From the IMG/VR virus record IMGVR_UViG_3300037761_000271, positions 22,486 through 86,485 of that record: DNA of 64,000 nt. The stretch is one strand, 5' to 3'. A program made the position numbers and the translations under genes. Source of the DNA: a virus. Lineage: Duplodnaviria; Caudoviricetes. The notes below the pieces were generated by a model, which was given only the letters and a program-made list of their open reading frames with translations, made no database searches and was not told the origin of the DNA. Positions 36,810 to 44,919 of this stretch are shown here, in pieces (position 1 is the stretch's first letter; the number at the start of each line of letters is the position of its first letter).

Positions 36810-39317
36810 GTGACCACCACAACGGTGACCGGTGTGGACCTGCGGTCCGCGCTGCGGCTGTGCTACCGGTCGGTGGAGTTCCGCGCCACCGGGCCGGTCG
36901 GCGACGGGCGCACCCTGGAAGGCTACGCCGCGGTCTTCGACACCCCCACGATCATCGAGTCGTTCGCCGGGGACTTCGAGGAGGTTGTCAAGCGGGGCGC
37001 GTTCCGCAAGACGCTGCGGGACCGCATGCCGGTGATGCAGTTCGACCACGGCAACGACAAGCGCACCGGCAGTGTGCCGATCGCCTCGATCGAGGATCTG
37101 CGGGAGGACGACGAAGGTCTGTTCGTCAACGCGCGGCTGTTCGCCAACGACGTGGTGGAACCGATCCGGCAGGCAGTCGCAGGCAAAGCCATCCGCGGCA
37201 TGTCGTTCAAGTTCCGGGTGATCCGGGACCAGTGGGTCGACCGTGACGGGAAGAAGATCCCCGCCGACGACCTGGCCGGCCTGCTTGAGAACCCGGGCGA
37301 CCGCGGGCCGATCCGCCGGGAGATCCAAGAGGTCGAACTGTTCGAACTGGGCCCGGTGGTGTTCCCGGCCTACACGCAGACCAGTGTCGGCGTACGTGGC
37401 TCCCGGTTCGACTCTAACGCCGTGGCGGTGCGGGGTGTGCTGGGCCAGTTCGGGCTGGATGAGCGTTGCGTGCAGCGGCACCTGGCCGGGTTCGACCCGC
37501 AGGAGCGGCAGGTCCTCGCCGAAGAGGTGGTGGCCGCGTTCCCGGAGCTGGCCGACCTGCTGACCGCGCGGGCCACCCCACCGGCCGACCCGGCGCCGGC
37601 TGCCGAGCCCGAGCCTGAGCCGACCCCACCCGCACCAGTACCCACCCCGCCCCCGGCGCCTTCCCCGGCCCCGCCGGGCGGTGCCCAGAGCTCCCCGCAG
37701 CCGGCCGCGGCCACTGCGGGACCCACCACCACCGAGCCGGCCCCCAGCCACTCGGCGTCCAAGCCGGAGCCGCGTAAGCACTCCAAGGCACCCAAGCCGC
37801 CGGTAGCCAGCCGTGCGGCGACCAAGCCAGCCACAACTAGCCAGAGGAGTGACAACGTGCAGCCCACGATGACCGTGGACGAACGGCGGGAGCGGCAGGA
37901 GGAGATCCGCGCCCGCCTCACCGAGATCGACAACGAGTACATGGGTGCCGCCCTGCCGGATGAGACCCGGGAGGAGTGGGGCCGGCTGTCCGAGGAGCAC
38001 CAGACCCACCAGGTGGCCATCGACGACGCGGAGCGGCGCCGGGTCAACCTGGAGAGCCTGTTCGCCCAGGGCCGCGGCGTGGAGGGTGGCGCCGGGATCA
38101 CCACGGTGACCACCCCGGGTCTGCTGGCCAAGCGCACCGACTCGGACCTGTACGACCTGCGGGAGATCCGCCGGTCGGCATCCTCGGAGGATGACCTGCG
38201 CCGGCTGTACCGGGAGCGGGCCTACGAGGCGGTGGAGCGGGCCAAGTTCCCCGGGCAGAAGAACAAGGAGCGGGCGCAGGCCCGGGCGCTGGAGCTGCTG
38301 GACACGGTCGACGACGAGTCGGCGACCCTGGCCCGGCGGATGCTGGCCACCGGATCCCCGCTGTACGACCGCGCGTTCGGTAAGGCGGTGCTGGCCCGGT
38401 CCACCTCCGGGCTGACCGCGGAGGAGGCCCGGGCGCTGTCCGTGGGCTCCGACTCCGACGGCGGGTTCGCCGTCCCGTTCCAGCTCGACCCGACGATCAT
38501 CCTCACGTCGGACGGGTCCAGCAACCCGCTGCGGCAGATCAGCCGGGTGGAGACGATCGTCGGCAAGGAATGGCAGGGTGTCACCTCCGCCGGGATCACG
38601 GTCACCCGCACCCCGGAGGTGCAGGAGGCCACCGACGACGCGCCCGAGGTGGACCAGCCGGTCGTTCGGCCCAGCGCGGTGCACGCGTTCGTTCCGTTCT
38701 CCATGGACGTGGAGCAGGACTGGACGCGGCTGCGGGCCGAGATGACCCGGCTGCTGAACAACGCCAAGGACGACGAAGAGGCCGAGTCGTTCGTCAACGG
38801 CGACGGGTCCCTGATCAGTGGCGGCGGGCACACCCCGGACGGCATCGCCGCCGGGCTGGCCGCGGCCAGCGAGGTACCCGGCGGCGCGTCGTTCACCTCC
38901 CAGGACCTGTACGACCTGGAGGCCGGCGACAACGGGCTGGGTGAGCGGTTCCTCGCCCGGGCCGTCTGGCTGGCCAACCGCAGCATCTACAACCTGGTGC
39001 GGCAGTTCGACACCTCCGGTGGTGCCGACCTGTGGGTGCGGCTCGGCGCGGGTCAGCCACCTGAGCTGATCGGCTACTCGGCCTTCCGCGCCTCGGCGAT
39101 GCCGTCCAGCCCCACCGGCCGGTACCTGATCCTGGGCGACTTCAACGAGTTCCTGGTTGTGGACCGTGTCGGCATGTCGGTCGAGCTTGTGCCTCATTTG
39201 TTCGGTGCGGCCCGGCGGTTCCCGACCGGGCAGCGGGGCATCTACGCCCGGTGGCGGAACACCACCAAGATCCTGGTGGACAACGCGTTCCGAGTCCTGA
39301 CGGACGACGAGTCCTGA
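36810..39317 (+). CDS. Fused HK97-type prohead protease, linker and major capsid protein; internal start at 37857
   Basis: LEGYAAVFD, FDHG, MSFKF, ELFELGPVVFPAY protease; DGGFAVP capsid; internal GAGGAG RBS. Confidence 0.92.
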   Translation: MTTTTVTGVDLRSALRLCYRSVEFRATGPVGDGRTLEGYAAVFDTPTIIESFAGDFEEVVKRGAFRKTLRDRMPVMQFDHGNDKRTGSVPIASIEDLREDDEGLFVNARLFANDVVEPIRQAVAGKAIRGMSFKFRVIRDQWVDRDGKKIPADDLAGLLENPGDRGPIRREIQEVELFELGPVVFPAYTQTSVGVRGSRFDSNAVAVRGVLGQFGLDERCVQRHLAGFDPQERQVLAEEVVAAFPELADLLTARATPPADPAPAAEPEPEPTPPAPVPTPPPAPSPAPPGGAQSSPQPAAATAGPTTTEPAPSHSASKPEPRKHSKAPKPPVASRAATKPATTSQRSDNVQPTMTVDERRERQEEIRARLTEIDNEYMGAALPDETREEWGRLSEEHQTHQVAIDDAERRRVNLESLFAQGRGVEGGAGITTVTTPGLLAKRTDSDLYDLREIRRSASSEDDLRRLYRERAYEAVERAKFPGQKNKERAQARALELLDTVDDESATLARRMLATGSPLYDRAFGKAVLARSTSGLTAEEARALSVGSDSDGGFAVPFQLDPTIILTSDGSSNPLRQISRVETIVGKEWQGVTSAGITVTRTPEVQEATDDAPEVDQPVVRPSAVHAFVPFSMDVEQDWTRLRAEMTRLLNNAKDDEEAESFVNGDGSLISGGGHTPDGIAAGLAAASEVPGGASFTSQDLYDLEAGDNGLGERFLARAVWLANRSIYNLVRQFDTSGGADLWVRLGAGQPPELIGYSAFRASAMPSSPTGRYLILGDFNEFLVVDRVGMSVELVPHLFGAARRFPTGQRGIYARWRNTTKILVDNAFRVLTDDES

Positions 39318-39388
39318 CCCCGACCATGATGATCCGCCGGCCGGGGCTGTGGTTCCGGCCGGCGGATCTCACCCAAGGAGACGACGAC

Positions 39389-39823
39389 GTGAGTGATCTG
39401 TTCGTGGCGCGGCAGTCCGGCACGGTGATGCTGGATGGCCGGCGGCACGCGATCCGCCGCGGGGTGACCGTGGCGAGGGCGGGATCCGAGATGCTGGCGA
39501 GGCATCCCCGGCTGTTCGAGCCGATGAAGGTGCACTACGACGCGCCAGCGAAGGGGCGTCGTAGTGCGGCGCCGGTGGAGCAGGCCACAGCCGTACCGGG
39601 TGAACGGCGGGCGGTCCGACTGCCCGAGCCGGAGCCTGAGCCCGACCCGGGCCCGGAGCCGAAGCAGGCTGTCCCGCAGCGCCCACCCACGTCCGGTGCC
39701 GGGTCCTCGGCTCCGGTGTGGCGGGAGTACGCGGCGGCGGTCCTCGGGGCACCGGCCGAGACGTACGCGACGCTGGGCCGGGACGAGATCATCGCCCTGC
39801 TGAATGCCCAGCCGGTGGGCTGA
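39389..39823 (+). CDS. Capsid-adjacent virion protein
   Basis: RBS AAGGAG; WREYA..GRDEIIALL C-terminus. Confidence 0.6.
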   Translation: MSDLFVARQSGTVMLDGRRHAIRRGVTVARAGSEMLARHPRLFEPMKVHYDAPAKGRRSAAPVEQATAVPGERRAVRLPEPEPEPDPGPEPKQAVPQRPPTSGAGSSAPVWREYAAAVLGAPAETYATLGRDEIIALLNAQPVG

Positions 39824-40628
39824 GATCCCCGCCAGCCGCATCACCGTCTCGGTGCCGTACTGGCATGCGGCCGGCACGGTCCGCCGGACCGTCGAGTCGG
39901 TGCTCGCCCAGACGTGGCGGGACCTTACTGTCGTCGTGATCAACGACGGTGACGATGTGCGCCAGCTGCACGCCGCGCTGCGTGGCATCCGCGACGACCG
40001 GTTGGTCGTCCACAGTCTGCCGGCCAACCACGGCATGTACTTCGCCACCGCGGTGGTATTGGGTGGCACCGGCGACCGGCTGTGGTCGCAGGTCGACGCC
40101 GACGACTGGATCGAGCCGCACCGGTTGGAGAAACTGGCCGCCGGGCTGGGCGACGCTGACGCGGTGTTCACCCCATGGACGAACCACAACCTGGACGGCA
40201 CCACCCACATCCGTGGCATCCAAACCCCGGAGTACCAGGCCGAGCAGGGCTGGACACTGCGGGCTGTCGCCCACATGTGCAACCTGTGGACCACGGGGTT
40301 CGCCCGGCAGATAGTTCACCCGGGGTGCCGGCTGGCGTGGGACCAGATGATGACCCAGCTCGCCTGGCGGTTCGGAACCATCACTGTGGTCGACGATCCG
40401 AGCCACCACCGGCAGATGACCGCCGGGTCGCTGATGGCCTCGGCCCGCACCGGCCGAGGCAGCCCAGCTCGCCGCCGGGACCGGCGGCATCACAAAAGGT
40501 TGTGGCCGCAGCTGACCGCCTGCGCGGACGTGGCGCAGGCGAGCAGGTTGCTCCGCCGCGACAGCGGCCGGCCGGTCGTGAACGAGCTGAAGGCGGAGGT
40601 ATGGCGGATGAGGCAGGCACTCGCATGA
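39804..40628 (+). CDS. Glycosyltransferase family 2 (GT-A)
   Basis: VSVPYW..VESVLAQT..VVINDGD..VDADD. Confidence 0.88.
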   Translation: MPSRWAEIPASRITVSVPYWHAAGTVRRTVESVLAQTWRDLTVVVINDGDDVRQLHAALRGIRDDRLVVHSLPANHGMYFATAVVLGGTGDRLWSQVDADDWIEPHRLEKLAAGLGDADAVFTPWTNHNLDGTTHIRGIQTPEYQAEQGWTLRAVAHMCNLWTTGFARQIVHPGCRLAWDQMMTQLAWRFGTITVVDDPSHHRQMTAGSLMASARTGRGSPARRRDRRHHKRLWPQLTACADVAQASRLLRRDSGRPVVNELKAEVWRMRQALA

Positions 40629-41554
40629 TCGTCGGGGTGACCGGCGGTGCCGGGTTCATCGGCGGGTATGTCTGCGAGGAGCTTCAACGGCGCGGGCACG
40701 AGCCGGTCGTGTTCGATCACCTGGGCCGCGGCGACGGTAGCGTGATGCTCGGCGACGTACGCGACGCCACGGCGATGACGGAGCTGGCCGCGCACGTGGA
40801 CGGGATCATCCACCTGGCCGCCTGTCTGGGCACCCAGGAGACGATCCGCAACCCGCGACCGGCGGCCGAGACGAACATCCAGGGCGGGCTGAACTTCCTG
40901 GAGGCGATCGCCCAGTACGGCATACCCGGCTGCTACATCGGCGTCGGGAACCACTGGATGGACAACACGTACTCGATCTCCAAGACGGCTGTGGAGCGGT
41001 TCGTCCGCATGTTCAACCGGGAGCGGCGGACCCGCTGCAACGTGGTGCGGCTGGTCAACGCCTACGGACCCCGGCAGTCGGTGGCACCACCGTTCGGACC
41101 CGCCAAGGTACGCAAGATCACCCCTGCGTTCGTGTGCCGCGCCCTGACCGGGCAGCCGATCGAGGTGTACGGCGACGGGCAGCAGGTCTCCGACATGGTG
41201 TGGGTTGGTGACGGAGCCCGGGCACTGGTCGCCGCGCTGGAGGGCGCCGATCGGGGTGCCGTACACGACCGGGTGGTCGAATGCGGGCCGGCGCAGCACA
41301 CCACGGTGGAGCGGGTGGCCGAGCTGGTGCGGCGTCACGTCGCCAGGCTCGGGTACGAGCCACAGGGGGTAGTCCACCTGCCGATGCGCCCCGGGGAGGT
41401 CCCCGGGGCGAAGGTGATCGCCGACTACGAGACGCTGCGGCTGGTCGGCATCGACCCGGAGACCCTGAAACCACTGGACGAAGGGATCGCCGAGACAGTC
41501 CGCTGGTACGCGGAGCACTGGTTGCCCGGATATCTAAAAGGGCAGGGCCGGTGA
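40625..41554 (+). CDS. NAD-dependent epimerase/dehydratase
   Basis: VTGGAGFIG, YSISK (YxxxK), NAYGP, GDGQQVSD. Confidence 0.93.
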   Translation: MIVGVTGGAGFIGGYVCEELQRRGHEPVVFDHLGRGDGSVMLGDVRDATAMTELAAHVDGIIHLAACLGTQETIRNPRPAAETNIQGGLNFLEAIAQYGIPGCYIGVGNHWMDNTYSISKTAVERFVRMFNRERRTRCNVVRLVNAYGPRQSVAPPFGPAKVRKITPAFVCRALTGQPIEVYGDGQQVSDMVWVGDGARALVAALEGADRGAVHDRVVECGPAQHTTVERVAELVRRHVARLGYEPQGVVHLPMRPGEVPGAKVIADYETLRLVGIDPETLKPLDEGIAETVRWYAEHWLPGYLKGQGR

Positions 41555-42441
41555 TCGACGGGCGGCGGGTGATCGCCTGGGTGCCGTATGGCCGCGAGCC
41601 CACCGTCTCCATCCTGGTCGAGTACCTGCGGCGGGAGGTCGAGCGCCACCTCATTGACGAGGTGTGGCTGTACATGAACACCGACGAAGACCAGGTGGCG
41701 GACCGGAAGTACGCGCAGACCCTGGCCGCAAGGCATGCGTTCGTGAAGCTGCTGCCCATCCCCAAGACGGTCCCCCTGGTCCGGCGTACCAGGCACGGAG
41801 GGCTGCGGCCGGTCAAGAAACAGCGCCGCACGATCGGCGCCTACCGGTACATGACCGACCGGAACGCGGTCTACGTCCGGTTCGACGACGACATCGTGTA
41901 CATCCACCCGGATGCGGTGGAGACCCTGGTGCGGCGCAAGATCGAAATGCCGGCCACACTGTGCTGCTTTCCGATCATCTGGAACAACGCGATCTGCTCC
42001 TGGTGGTTGCAGCAGTGCGGCATCATCCCTCGGGACCTAGGCATCGTCGAGCGGCCGTACTGCATGGACCCGGTCGGTTGGGCCGACGGCGACTTCGCGG
42101 TAGGCATCCACCGGCTGCTCCTGGACCGCATCGAGGTCGACGACGTGGAGTCGCTGTTCACCTACCAGGACTTCGCCCTCGATATCGGGCAGCAGTTCAG
42201 CGTGTCGTGCTTCGCCGCCCTCGGCTCTTACTACGCCGGGCTGCGACCACCCGGTGCGCTGCCCACCCACGAGGAGGAGACGCACCACACCGTCCACGCC
42301 CCCACCGCATCCAGGCAGCCCAACGTGGTCATAGGCGACGCCTTGGTCGCCCACTACACCTTCCGGCCCCAACAGCCGGTCGTGCACGCCACGGATGTCC
42401 TGGACCGGTACCGGAAGCTGGCCGTAGAGCAGACAACGTGA
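41551..42441 (+). CDS. GT-A-fold glycosyltransferase-like protein
   Basis: YVRFDDDIVYI DxD motif; cluster context. Confidence 0.7.
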   Translation: MIDGRRVIAWVPYGREPTVSILVEYLRREVERHLIDEVWLYMNTDEDQVADRKYAQTLAARHAFVKLLPIPKTVPLVRRTRHGGLRPVKKQRRTIGAYRYMTDRNAVYVRFDDDIVYIHPDAVETLVRRKIEMPATLCCFPIIWNNAICSWWLQQCGIIPRDLGIVERPYCMDPVGWADGDFAVGIHRLLLDRIEVDDVESLFTYQDFALDIGQQFSVSCFAALGSYYAGLRPPGALPTHEEETHHTVHAPTASRQPNVVIGDALVAHYTFRPQQPVVHATDVLDRYRKLAVEQTT

Positions 42442-43400
42442 TCGTCCTCTGCGCCAACTCGACCTCATGGGACGACCAGCGTGACGAGCTGATCCCCGGC
42501 GGGCAGGGTGACCGGTACCTGCGGCCAATCCTGGCCGCGCTGCCGGAGGGTCGCGCGGTCGTCGCCCGCCAGCCGCGGCCGGGCAGGTCGCACGTCAACG
42601 TGTACATGAACCACCGCGTCATCTACGACCGGCAGGCCGGCCGTGGCGAGCGGTATTCGGTGCTGATCTCGCACGGCATCGCCAGCAAGACCTACCGCAA
42701 CGGCGCCCGGGCCAAGGGATTCCGCTACGTGGTTGTGCCCGGGCCGGCATTGTTCGCCGAGGTGGTCGGCTCGGGTATCCCACCGAGTAGGGTGCGGCAG
42801 CTCGGCTACCCGAAGCTGGACCCGATCCACAACGGTCAGGTCACCAGCCCGTGGCCGGAACGCGACGGGCGGGTGCGGGTGCTGTGGGCACCCACCCACG
42901 GTGGTGGCAGCGAGCGGTACCCGGATGGCAACCGGGACGCACCCGGCGCCCGGGCCACCAGCTGGTGGCATCGGGAGGATCTGCTCGGCCTGACAGACCC
43001 GCAGCGGCATCTGGTCCTGGAGGCGCCACACCCGCGTCACTCACCCGGCCGGCAGGCCACCCTGGCCCAGTACGTCGGCGCGGACGTGGTGATAGCCGAT
43101 GGCGGGTCCACGATGTATGAGGCGTGGTGCCTAGGGCTTCCGGTGGTGCTGCCAACCTGGCTGACGGCCGACCGGTGCCTAGAACGGGCGGGTGGCGCGA
43201 CCTTGGAGGGCCGGGTGTACCGGGACCGGATCGGCTGGCACGCCGACAGGCCGGACCAACTCGCTGAGCTGGTCGACGCCGCCGCCGCGGTAGGGATCAC
43301 ATCCGATGAGGTCGCGTTCGCGGAAGAAGTGCTCCCGGCCGCGTTTCGTGGCCACGGTGGCCGGCTGCACGCGGCGTTTCTGTTGAACCTCGACCGCTGA
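42438..43400 (+). CDS. CDP-glycerol glycerophosphotransferase-like (TagB/TagF, GT-B) protein
   Basis: SHG, LGYPKLD, LWAPT, HP, DVVIADGGS. Confidence 0.78.
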   Translation: MIVLCANSTSWDDQRDELIPGGQGDRYLRPILAALPEGRAVVARQPRPGRSHVNVYMNHRVIYDRQAGRGERYSVLISHGIASKTYRNGARAKGFRYVVVPGPALFAEVVGSGIPPSRVRQLGYPKLDPIHNGQVTSPWPERDGRVRVLWAPTHGGGSERYPDGNRDAPGARATSWWHREDLLGLTDPQRHLVLEAPHPRHSPGRQATLAQYVGADVVIADGGSTMYEAWCLGLPVVLPTWLTADRCLERAGGATLEGRVYRDRIGWHADRPDQLAELVDAAAAVGITSDEVAFAEEVLPAAFRGHGGRLHAAFLLNLDR

Positions 43401-43469
43401 TCGCCGAGCAGGAACAACCCGAGGCGTGAACGGGGGAAAGGCCATGGCGGCACCGACGGAGGTCCACAC

Positions 43470-43736
43470 ATGACGGGCACACCAAGCCAGCGGACCGGGA
43501 CGCCGATCGACCGGGCCAAGCTGCTGTCCATCGGCTACCTGGCGGGTGGCCGCACCCGTGACCGGGTGGCCGAGGGTCGCAGCCATCCGGAGACTGGCCG
43601 GCCGTACAAGACGACGACCAACGAGGCGGGCGCGGTGACCGAGCACGCCACCAACGACGACCGGGTGGACGCGGTGGCGCGGGTGGCCACGGTGCGCGCC
43701 ACCGCCACCAACAATGGAAGGCTGGCCAACCCGTGA
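43470..43736 (+). CDS. Hypothetical protein
   Basis: RBS GGAGG. Confidence 0.55.
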   Translation: MTGTPSQRTGTPIDRAKLLSIGYLAGGRTRDRVAEGRSHPETGRPYKTTTNEAGAVTEHATNDDRVDAVARVATVRATATNNGRLANP

Positions 43737-44080
43737 CCGCAGCACCGGGCTCCTACTCGCAGGCCCTCGCCCAGGCCAAGAAGCTGATCAACGCGGGTAA
43801 GCTGGCCGACCCCGGCGAACACTTCCCCTACAAGCACAAGCACATCAGCGGTTTGATCGCGCAGGATCCGCCGGCCGGGCCACGCGGGCCGGATGACCGG
43901 ACGCTGAGCTTGACCGACTACATCGACCAGGACGTTGCCGACGCCGCCGCCGAGTACATCGCGGCGCAGGCCGCCTACCTGGCGAAGCCGACCGCGGCCA
44001 ACCGGCGCCGCTACCACATCACCCGCGACCTGTTGATCATGGCACGGCGTGCGCACCGGCGCGGCCAGGGAAGGGCGTAA
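43733..44080 (+). CDS. Hypothetical protein
   Basis: Coupled ORF. Confidence 0.5.
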   Translation: MTAAPGSYSQALAQAKKLINAGKLADPGEHFPYKHKHISGLIAQDPPAGPRGPDDRTLSLTDYIDQDVADAAAEYIAAQAAYLAKPTAANRRRYHITRDLLIMARRAHRRGQGRA

Positions 44081-44082
44081 CG

Positions 44083-44565
44083 ATGGCGATCACCGCATCC
44101 GGGTTGTACCTGCCGACGTGGCGGGATGAGTTGGACGCCACGGATATCGGCCTGGACCTGTCGCTGGCCACCCACAAGCTGGCGCTGGTGGCCGACGCGT
44201 ACACCCCGGACTTCGACGCCCATGACACGTTCGCCGACCTGACCAACGAGGTGTCCGACGGCGTATGGGCGGCCGGTGGGAGACCGCTGTCGACCGCAGC
44301 AGCGGGTGACACATCCACCGCACCGACGCTGACAATCAGTCCGGCCGGCACGCTCATGTACGACATGACCGACGTGGCGGTCGCCGGTACCACGCTCACA
44401 AACGCGATGGCGGCGGTGCTGTACGCGGACGCGTTGACCACCCCGGTCGCCGACGCGCTCATCATGCTGATCGATTTCGTAACCGCGTTCTCGACAAACA
44501 ACGGAACGTTCGGGATCCAGTGGGCCGCCACAGGCTGCGCGACTCTAGACCTCACACCACCGTAA
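44083..44565 (+). CDS. Virion structural protein
   Basis: KLALV..YTPDF..NEV..GG..L..FGIQW pattern common in actinophage head-tail regions. Confidence 0.6.
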   Translation: MAITASGLYLPTWRDELDATDIGLDLSLATHKLALVADAYTPDFDAHDTFADLTNEVSDGVWAAGGRPLSTAAAGDTSTAPTLTISPAGTLMYDMTDVAVAGTTLTNAMAAVLYADALTTPVADALIMLIDFVTAFSTNNGTFGIQWAATGCATLDLTPP

Positions 44566-44598
44566 TCCGAAGGTGCCGGACTAAGGAGGAACAGCTCG

Positions 44599-44910
44599 AT
44601 GGCTGGTTTCGACTCACAAATCGAGAACGCCGAAGACGTGAACAACATCGCGGGACGTTTGGCCTACGACCTGCGGGAGATCATGCGCAGGGCCAAGGCG
44701 TTCCACGACTGGAAGGCCGGCAAGACCCTCAGCGATCCTCCGTACAACATGGGCGACGGTGGTGTGGGGACCAGCGACACCGCCAAGATTGGTAGCTGGG
44801 AGGCCGACGTGTTCCTGTTCTGGCAGCTGTACGTCGGCGCCGCTACGCTGCCCGCGGCCATCAACTTCGAGCGGTTCGCCATCAGCGGGTTCATCTTCGG
44901 CGCAAAGTAG
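44599..44910 (+). CDS. Hypothetical virion protein
   Basis: RBS AAGGAGG. Confidence 0.6.
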   Translation: MAGFDSQIENAEDVNNIAGRLAYDLREIMRRAKAFHDWKAGKTLSDPPYNMGDGGVGTSDTAKIGSWEADVFLFWQLYVGAATLPAAINFERFAISGFIFGAK

Positions 44911-44919
44911 CCCAGTCCG

